DNA of 64,000 nucleotides from a virus: IMG/VR virus record IMGVR_UViG_3300045988_166613, positions 87,720 to 151,719 of that record; one strand, 5' to 3'. Shown piece by piece: positions 57,988 to 64,000 of this stretch (position 1 is its first letter; each line of letters starts with the position of its first letter). The notes under the pieces were generated by a model. It saw only the letters and a program-made list of their open reading frames with translations, ran no database searches and was not told where the DNA came from. The position numbers and the translations under genes were made by a program.

Positions 57988-58369
57988 AGGAATATTATAT
58001 ACAAGTTATTTTGGTAATTGGAGAAAATGGAAACAATTAGATGCTTTTACTGTAGCAATATGTAGAAAAAGACCACCACACATGAATTATAATAAAGAAG
58101 GAATTCAAGAATTACTAGAATTAGCACCATCAGAAGGATTGTTAAAAGCATATAAAAATGGTTTGATATCTCAAGATGACTTTAGAAATAAGTTTTTAGA
58201 TGAATTAGATAATATTAAATCTGCAAATACATTATTCTTAATACAAAGCTTATTAGATATGGGTGTAAATATATGTTTGCTATGCTATGAGTCCAATAAT
58301 GATTTCTGTCATAGACATATAGTAGCCGAAATATTTGATGAAGCTGGATATAAAATTATTAAATGTTGA
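57980..58369 (+). CDS. DUF488-like protein
   Basis: 'LYTSYFG' at the N-terminus and 'LLCYESNNDFCHRHIVAEI' match the DUF488 signature LlC.E....CHR..ia. Confidence 0.55.
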   Translation: MSKGILYTSYFGNWRKWKQLDAFTVAICRKRPPHMNYNKEGIQELLELAPSEGLLKAYKNGLISQDDFRNKFLDELDNIKSANTLFLIQSLLDMGVNICLLCYESNNDFCHRHIVAEIFDEAGYKIIKC

Positions 58370-58416
58370 AATAAATTAAATAATTGATTGATTTATTTTA
58401 AAAATAGGTATATAAT
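58364..58416 (+). promoter_or_regulatory. AT-rich box + sigmaA-type promoter
   Basis: GTTGAAATAAATTAAATAATTGA is fused to TTGATT-N17-TATAAT. The TGA stop of the previous gene is the TGA of GTTGAAA. Confidence 0.65.
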
Positions 58417-58461
58417 TAAAAATGTCGAAAGACAAATACATAAACAAAAGGGGATATAAAA

Positions 58462-58917
58462 ATGTTTGAATTAGAAGAAAAAAATAAAGATATGGAACAA
58501 ATTATGGAAGGAGCTTTAGATATAATACTTGAAAAAGACTTAACTATTAAAGAAAAATTTGAAGAACAAAATGAACTAATATTAGAGCTTAGAGAATTAA
58601 AGAATCCACCAATTATAACAACTCTTCCAGATATATTATTTAAATCTATATTAGAAATAAGAGAAAATCAAGAAGATGGAGAATACTTATTACATATATT
58701 AATAAAAGAATTAACAAACAATAAAGATCAATACATAGAATTTTTAGAAGATAAATTAAATACATTTTGCAGCAAAGAAAGTATCTGCAATTGTTGCGGA
58801 ACTGAATTAATTTATAATTATCATGAAGAGTGTGTTGGAGAGTTTCAAGGCTCACCAGCTTATCAAGAATTTGTTGATGATGAAGGATATTGTCCTTATG
58901 GCTGTATGACATATTAA
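58462..58917 (+). CDS. hypothetical protein with C-terminal Cys cluster
   Basis: 'CNCCGTEL...EECVGE...YCPYGC'. Confidence 0.6.
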   Translation: MFELEEKNKDMEQIMEGALDIILEKDLTIKEKFEEQNELILELRELKNPPIITTLPDILFKSILEIRENQEDGEYLLHILIKELTNNKDQYIEFLEDKLNTFCSKESICNCCGTELIYNYHEECVGEFQGSPAYQEFVDDEGYCPYGCMTY

Positions 58918-58940
58918 AATAAATTAAAGAATTGATTAAA
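58914..58940 (+). repeat. AT-rich intergenic box, stand-alone copy
   Basis: TTAAAATAAATTAAAGAATTGATTAAA contains the stop of the previous gene. SD TAGGAG follows. Confidence 0.6.
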
Positions 58941-58956
58941 AGAATAGGAGTTAAAA

Positions 58957-59121
58957 ATGAAAGTAATATGTTTTTCTAGAATAGATGAGACCTTTGTAAC
59001 AATGAAAATTCAAAAATGGTTGAATAGCAATAAATTTAACAAAATTATCTCAACCAACGTTATCTTTAATAACAACAACAAAGAAGTAGAATGTTATATT
59101 TTTTATTATGAGGTGATATAA
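58957..59121 (+). CDS. hypothetical protein (54 aa, below track cutoff)
   Basis: SD TAGGAG upstream. Its stop abuts the next ATG. Confidence 0.45.
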   Translation: MKVICFSRIDETFVTMKIQKWLNSNKFNKIISTNVIFNNNNKEVECYIFYYEVI

Positions 59122-59361
59122 ATGAACAAATATGAATTATTAAAAAAATATAAGAAAAATGGAGTACTTGATAGTGTAGAAGTTTACTTACCATATGGTT
59201 ATTCATTAAAACCTACTAAGAACACCATATTATTTTACAATGAGGAATTAGATATTATTATGTTTACAAATGTATATGTTAATAACAGAGAAAACTTTAC
59301 AGCGTTTTTTGATAAAAGTTATCAAATTGAATCAAAAGAAATATTAAGAATAGATATATAG
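59122..59361 (+). CDS. hypothetical protein
   Basis: SD GAGGTGA upstream. Confidence 0.55.
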   Translation: MNKYELLKKYKKNGVLDSVEVYLPYGYSLKPTKNTILFYNEELDIIMFTNVYVNNRENFTAFFDKSYQIESKEILRIDI

Positions 59362-59372
59362 GAGTTGATTAA

Positions 59373-59603
59373 ATGAAAAAAAGAAAAAAATGTCTTATGA
59401 ATATTAAATTACTTTTGAATGATGATGGTACTATTTGTTTTGGACTACAAGAAACAAAGATAAATGCTAAATTTACAATATCTAAAGATACATTAACAGT
59501 AAAGTTAGAAGACTTAATGTTTAGTGCGGGTATGTATTGTGATAAACCTTACACATTTAAAACTGTGTCAACTGAAGTTATACCATGTAAATATATAAAA
59601 TAG
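59373..59603 (+). CDS. hypothetical protein
   Basis: SD TAGGAG upstream. Confidence 0.55.
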   Translation: MKKRKKCLMNIKLLLNDDGTICFGLQETKINAKFTISKDTLTVKLEDLMFSAGMYCDKPYTFKTVSTEVIPCKYIK

Positions 59604-59614
59604 GAGTTAATTCA

Positions 59615-59767
59615 ATGATTAAAAGAGTTAAGTATTTAGATTTTGGTATTAATAAAAACACAAAAAATAAATTAGAAAAATTTTTAGAAGAGATAAGAAA
59701 TAAAAGTAGTCCTAATATAGAAATACACTATGACATAGTTTTTAATAAATTTTATATTACATATTAA
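59615..59767 (+). CDS. hypothetical protein (50 aa, below track cutoff)
   Basis: SD TAGGAG upstream. Confidence 0.4.
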   Translation: MIKRVKYLDFGINKNTKNKLEKFLEEIRNKSSPNIEIHYDIVFNKFYITY

Positions 59768-59780
59768 AGGAGAGATTATA

Positions 59781-59990
59781 ATGATAAAAATAAGCAACGA
59801 CACCGTAACTATAAAAAATATGATTATAGTTTATAAAAATAGTGCGGACAATATTATTGATTTTAACAATTCATCAGAAAATATAAAATGTGAAATAACT
59901 AATAATCAATTTTTTAATTTCTATAACTTATCTTTTATTAAAAGAATGAAACTAAAATTTAAATTAATTAGACAAATATCAAAATTATAA
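59781..59990 (+). CDS. hypothetical protein
   Basis: SD AAGGAGAG upstream. Confidence 0.5.
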   Translation: MIKISNDTVTIKNMIIVYKNSADNIIDFNNSSENIKCEITNNQFFNFYNLSFIKRMKLKFKLIRQISKL

Positions 59991-60001
59991 GAGGTGATTG
60001 A

Positions 60002-60601
60002 ATGAAAAGAAGGATAGTAAGTGTCTTGTGTTGTTTACCTCTTCTACTAGGAATGACAGACAAAGTATTAGATAAATCGAATTTACATAATAGGTTTAAG
60101 TTAAATATACAAGACAACCAATATCCTTTAGAGGATAATAAGTTTAAAAAAATTAAAGAAGAATCAGAACAACTAAAGAAACAACAAATGTTAAAAGAGC
60201 TTGGAGAAGGTTTAAAACAACAAAATGAAGAGAAATTAAAAGAACAAAAGAAACAAGAAGAAATATCAGGTAGAGGGCTAACTGGAGAAGTTGAAGAAAT
60301 TGATTTTATACTGTCATTTTATAGTTCTTTGCCAGAGGAGAATGGGAATTGTACAGTAACTTGTACTGGACAACCTCTTCGGTATGGAATAGTTGCTAGT
60401 AATGTATATCCGCTAGGAACTAAAATCTATCTTGAGGGTTATGGTTTATTTACTGTAGCAGATAGAGGAGGAAGTCATTTTAACAATTATAACAGATTAG
60501 ATGTTTTAATACCTCCAAAATATGAAGGTGAGCCAAATTATAAGCAAAGAGTTAATAATATGGGCAAACCTCATGTTAAAGGGTATGTTCAAATAAAATA
60601 A
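60002..60601 (+). CDS. secreted 3D-domain protein (MltA/RlpA-like barrel; YabE/YuiC type)
   Basis: N-terminal signal-like 'MKRRIVSVLCCLPLLLG'. C-terminal 'CTGQPLRYGIVASNVYPLGTKIYLEGYGLFTVADRGG...LDVL' is the 3D-domain pattern. Confidence 0.65.
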   Translation: MKRRIVSVLCCLPLLLGMTDKVLDKSNLHNRFKLNIQDNQYPLEDNKFKKIKEESEQLKKQQMLKELGEGLKQQNEEKLKEQKKQEEISGRGLTGEVEEIDFILSFYSSLPEENGNCTVTCTGQPLRYGIVASNVYPLGTKIYLEGYGLFTVADRGGSHFNNYNRLDVLIPPKYEGEPNYKQRVNNMGKPHVKGYVQIK

Positions 60602-60615
60602 AAGGGGTTGATTTT

Positions 60616-60831
60616 ATGATAGATAAATACATATTAAAAGAGGATTATGATAAAGAAAAACTATATTCTCATCAAGAGAACATAAGAAACTTCCAAAAGG
60701 AAATTAGAGAAACTGAAAAGAAAGGTATAGAAAATGAATTCAAAAATTATTTAGATAAAAATCCAACACTAACTTATGAAGAAATAGAAGTGTTAAGACA
60801 ATTCGTTAAATATCAACTAAGAAACATATAA
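60616..60831 (+). CDS. hypothetical protein
   Basis: SD AAGGGG upstream. Confidence 0.55.
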   Translation: MIDKYILKEDYDKEKLYSHQENIRNFQKEIRETEKKGIENEFKNYLDKNPTLTYEEIEVLRQFVKYQLRNI

Positions 60832-60856
60832 AATAAATATTGGAGGAATTACATAT

Positions 60857-62002
60857 ATGATAAAAGATTTAAAAGTAATTAAAAGAGACGGTAGAGAAGT
60901 AAACTTTAATAGGGATAAAATAGTTAATGCTATTATGAAAGCTGAAGGTAAAGAGCATATAGCTAAAAAGATAGCTAAAGAAATTGAAAATACTAATTTT
61001 GATAATAATAAAGTAACGGTTAGAGACATAGAACGTAAGGTTGTTAATTTATTAATGGAAAACGGTGATAAAACTACAGCTATTAAATATGAAGGTTATA
61101 GAGCTGTTCAAGAATATAAAAGAACTTTAGCAAAAAGAAGTGAAACAACAAGAATTTTAAATCAACAAACCAGAGAAAATGCCAATAAAAATTCTGATTT
61201 AATAGCCACTAAAAAAGGTTTAATTTTAGATATGTACATAACAGATGAAATGTTAAATCATGAACTACCCAAACATTTAGCTGAAGCACATAAAAAGAAT
61301 GATATAAAATTCCACGATGTTTCTGATAGATTCTTTAAAGGTATAAACTGTTGTTTATATGATATGAAGAATGTCATTGACAATAATCCTATTATTAACG
61401 GTTTAAAATATGATGATGCAAATTGTATAGAAGCTTATTTAGGAGTTTTATCAGATGTTTTATTAGAAGCCAGTGCAAATCAATATGGTGGTTTCACAAT
61501 AAATGAAATAGATCATGTATTAGAAGATGCCTTAGAAAATGCTTATAATAAATCCATAGAATATTATACAGAGCAAGTTGGTGATTTAGTTCCTAAAGAT
61601 AGAATAGAAAAATTAGCTATGAATTTTGTTGAAAGAGCTTTTAGAAAAAGATGGAATGGTATCGAAACAAGACTTAATTCTATATCAAATTCAAATATGC
61701 AAGTACCATTTGAAACTATTGCCTTTGGTAACAGGACAAGCTTTTGGGCAAGAATGGTTTCAAGAATTATATTAGAGACTAGATTAAAAGGTTGTGGTAA
61801 ATATAGACAAACAGCTATTTTCCCTAAATTAGTATTCTTTTATAGAGAAGAGATACATGGTAAAGGTGGAATAAATGAAGATTTATATAAATTAGCAATA
61901 GAATGTAGAAGTAAGCGTGAATATCCTGATTTCTTATCACTTGATAATGGTTGGTGCGGTGAAGTGTGGAAAAAGTATGGATATGCGTTAGCACCTATGG
62001 GT
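60857..62002 (+). CDS. nrdD: anaerobic (class III) ribonucleotide reductase NrdD, exon 1
   Basis: ATP-cone 'VIKRDGREVNFNRDKIVNAIMKA'. The exon ends ...YALAPMG. The two codons and stop after 62002 are intron sequence. Confidence 0.8.
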
Positions 62003-62294
62003 TTGTAATCTACTAGCCCATGTAAAACCCCTTGAACCTAGCTTATAGGGTGTGTGATATTTGTTTATCATGCTAACGGTTAGGACTTATTTATAAATAT
62101 AAAATATAATTAAGTTGAGACCGTGCTAAATTCAATTTATTATATAAATTGATAAATGTGTATCGACTAGCAATGATGAGTGTAATTGCGTAGGATTGGA
62201 GATAAGCACCAATTCGAAGGAAGGGGCTTGTTGATGATGTGGTGAATCGGAGAGAAGATATAGTCAGTGCCAATAGTGATATTGGATAAACATG
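62003..62294 (+). ncRNA. ORF-less group I intron in nrdD
   Basis: P1: exon AUGGGU (61997-62002) pairs with intron GCCCAU (62016-62021), with a U.G at the splice site. The intron ends in G62294. Joining gives 'APMG|CRAYL'. Shares CATGCTAACGGT and its flanks with the dnaE intron. Confidence 0.8.
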
Positions 62295-63704
62295 TGTAGA
62301 GCATATCTTTCACCTTGGTTTGAAAAAGGTGGAATAAAACCTTTAGATAAAAATGATAAAGCTATATTTAATGGTAGAGCTAATTGTGGAGCTATAACTA
62401 TTAATACAGTTAAACCAGCTATTAAATATAAAGGAGATAAAGAAGCTTATTTTAAAGAAGTTAAAAGATGTTTTGATCTAGCTACAGAAGGTCACTTATG
62501 GACATATAACAGAATGAAAGACGTTAAAGCATCTACAAATCCTTTATTTTTCTGTGAGGGTGGTTGTCACATTAAATTAAAACCAGAAGAAACTATTGAA
62601 AGAGCAATAAAAACCTTTACTTGGTCTTACGGATATATTGGTTTAAATGAAGCTAGTTTATTAATGACAGGTAAAGAAATTCATGAAGATAATTCTTTTG
62701 CTATTGAAGTATTAGAACATTTTAATAAATGGAAAAATGAAGCTATAAAAAAATATGGATTATTATTTGCTATTTATTCTACACCAGCCGAGGGTTATGC
62801 GGAAACTTGTAGAAATAAGGATTATGAAGAATTTGGATTAATACCAGGAGTTACGGATAAAAAGTATTATATGAATTCATTCCATGTTAATGTAGCAGCT
62901 AAAATAAATCCATTCAAAAAGATGGAAATAGAAAAACCTATGTTTGACTTAGCAAATGGAGGGCATATAGTCTATACTGAATATCCTATTAATCATAATC
63001 TTGAAGCAATTAGTCAATCAACTAGAAAAGCTATGAAATTAGGATTATATGAAGGTGTTAATTTTGATTCTATTACTTGTAAGAATTGCGGTAAAACAGT
63101 AACGGAATATGATCCTAAAAATCCTAAATGTAATCATTGTGGTAGCACAAAATTAATAATAGTCGATAGAGTATGTGGATATTTAAGCTATTACGAAATT
63201 GATGGTAGCACAAGGGTTAATGATGGTAAATATCAAGAAAATCAAAATAGGGTAGTACATTATGGACAATATATAGGAGAAGGAATACAAGATTTTGATA
63301 TTCTAAATGGGGATGGACTTAGAACTACTATTTGGTTTAAAGGTTGTCCACATAGATGTGAAGGATGTCATAATCAAGGTTCATGGGAATATGACAAAAA
63401 TTATCATATAGATTGTGATTTAGTAGTTGAAACATGTAAAAAAAGCAAGAAACTATCTGTATTAGGTGGTGAACCATTAGCACCATTTAATATCAAAGAG
63501 GCTACTAAAATTGTTAAAAAAGTAAAAGAAGAAATTCCAGATTGTAGTATTTATCTATGGACTGGTTATGAATGGGATGAAGTTAAAAACAAAGAAATAA
63601 TTACATATCTTGACAAAATCATATGTGGTAAATTTATTAAAGATAAAAAATGTGAAAATCCAATGTATGGTTCTGATAATCAATATATAGTAGATTTAAA
63701 ATAA
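62295..63704 (+). CDS. nrdD: NrdD exon 2 fused in frame to the NrdG activase
   Basis: Zn ribbon 'CKNCG...CNHCG', glycyl-radical motif 'DRVCGYL' (Gly codon 63177-63179) and the typical tail '..RVVHY'. It then continues without a stop into NrdG. Confidence 0.8.
   Translation, partial: CRAYLSPWFEKGGIKPLDKNDKAIFNGRANCGAITINTVKPAIKYKGDKEAYFKEVKRCFDLATEGHLWTYNRMKDVKASTNPLFFCEGGCHIKLKPEETIERAIKTFTWSYGYIGLNEASLLMTGKEIHEDNSFAIEVLEHFNKWKNEAIKKYGLLFAIYSTPAEGYAETCRNKDYEEFGLIPGVTDKKYYMNSFHVNVAAKINPFKKMEIEKPMFDLANGGHIVYTEYPINHNLEAISQSTRKAMKLGLYEGVNFDSITCKNCGKTVTEYDPKNPKCNHCGSTKLIIVDRVCGYLSYYEIDGSTRVNDGKYQENQNRVVHYGQYIGEGIQDFDILNGDGLRTTIWFKGCPHRCEGCHNQGSWEYDKNYHIDCDLVVETCKKSKKLSVLGGEPLAPFNIKEATKIVKKVKEEIPDCSIYLWTGYEWDEVKNKEIITYLDKIICGKFIKDKKCENPMYGSDNQYIVDLK
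63264..63704 (+). other. nrdG: NrdG (radical-SAM activase) domain of the fusion ORF
   Basis: 'DILNGDGLRTTIWFKGCPHRCEGCHN' (CxxxCxxC at 63345-63368), 'LGGEPL', 'IYLWTGYEWDEV' and 'GKFIKD' are collinear with E. coli NrdG. Confidence 0.8.
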
Positions 63705-63715
63705 TAAATATATTT

Positions 63716-63734
63716 AGGGAGATTTATTCTCCCT
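63716..63734 (+). terminator. terminator-like hairpin
   Basis: AGGGAGA/TCTCCCT: 7-bp stem with a 5-nt loop. Confidence 0.45.
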
Positions 63735-63779
63735 GTTAATTAAAAAATATTACAAGATAGAAAAGGAGAATAATAAATT

Positions 63780-64000
63780 ATGGAATTAAGAATTAAATAT
63801 TTTGACGGAGCAACTAAAATGGAGAAAATAACTAAAGGAAATTGGATAGATGTATATGCTAATAAAGATGTATTTGTACCATATATGGGTTATGCTATGA
63901 TACCTCTAGGATTTGCTTTAGAATTACCTAAAGGATGGGAGGGGTATTTAGCACCTAGAAGTTCAACTTTTAAAACTTGGGGAATTATACAAACTAATAG
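63780..64000 (+). CDS. dut: dUTPase (trimeric type), 3' end outside window
   Basis: SD AAAGGAGA upstream. 'NWIDVYANKD...IPLGFALELPKGWEGYLAPRSSTFKTWGIIQTN' carries dUTPase motifs I-III. Confidence 0.8.
   Translation, partial: MELRIKYFDGATKMEKITKGNWIDVYANKDVFVPYMGYAMIPLGFALELPKGWEGYLAPRSSTFKTWGIIQTN

Noticed and set aside
4285-58940. Whether the repeated box could be a CRISPR array or a terminal or tandem repeat.
   Set aside because: Copies are 0.1-14 kb apart at irregular spacing and always at gene boundaries. They have no uniform spacers and no cas genes, and they are pure A/T-rich non-palindromic sequence. That is inconsistent with CRISPR.
126-62273. All minus-strand ORFs in the six-frame track (e.g. 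126..311, 491..817, 4742..5080, 20773..21192, 26557..26826, 28595..28888, 50337..50720, 52722..53048, 55703..56083, 62091..62273).
   Set aside because: Each lies antisense to a + strand gene with clear motifs or to intron RNA. Their translations are low-complexity Leu/Ile/Phe/Ser-rich, the mirror image of Lys/Glu/Asn-rich coding sequence. None has an SD or a promoter. I treat them as shadow ORFs of an AT-rich genome.
1-64000. Genome-wide stop-codon reassignment (TGA or TAA recoding) suggested by the two in-frame stops.
   Set aside because: TGA and TAA terminate many well-defined genes at the expected homologous ends (e.g. 4241, 13456, 58367 for TGA; ligA, gyrA and dnaE for TAA). Only two small accessory genes are affected. 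Local nonsense mutation or leaky read-through fits better.
1-64000. tRNA, rRNA or tmRNA genes.
   Set aside because: The only GC-enriched non-coding stretches are the two intron cores. I saw no cloverleaf-compatible segments or GTTCRANYC-type T-arm motifs. A tRNAscan-SE run would be needed to exclude them formally.

Overview
This very AT-rich 64 kb stretch carries about 105 credible genes. All are on the + strand and packed head to tail, often with ATGA/TAATG overlaps. It reads as the early / DNA-replication / nucleotide-metabolism arm of a large tailed phage of a low-GC Firmicute. Host-type signals include GGAGG Shine-Dalgarno sites, TTGACA-N17-TATAAT promoters, RecU, YopX, a YpsA-like protein and a Cheo-type LexA box. 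Replication and repair genes I recognise: SNF2 helicase (partial), NAD-dependent ligase, GyrB/GyrA-type topoisomerase, RecU, an SSB-like protein, a Sak4-like ATPase, DnaB-like helicase, DnaG-type primase, RecJ-like exonuclease, DnaE-type polymerase and RecD2-like helicase. Nucleotide-metabolism genes: thymidine kinase, a divergent ThyX-like protein coupled to FolD, a guanylate-kinase-like protein, anaerobic RNR and dUTPase (partial). Other calls: an orphan DNA methyltransferase, a MazF/EndoA-like endoribonuclease, a metallophosphatase, a SLOG/YpsA-like protein, a DUF488-like protein, a secreted 3D-domain protein and two homing-endonuclease-type genes. dnaE and nrdD are each split by related group I introns, and NrdD is fused in frame to its activase NrdG. 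The most striking non-coding feature is a conserved AT-rich box in more than 20 copies at gene-cassette junctions, eight of them fused to near-consensus sigmaA promoters. I found no rRNA, tRNA, CRISPR array or virion structural genes. About two thirds of the ORFs are small proteins with no motif I can recognise. Every functional call rests on motif reading by eye; no database search was possible.
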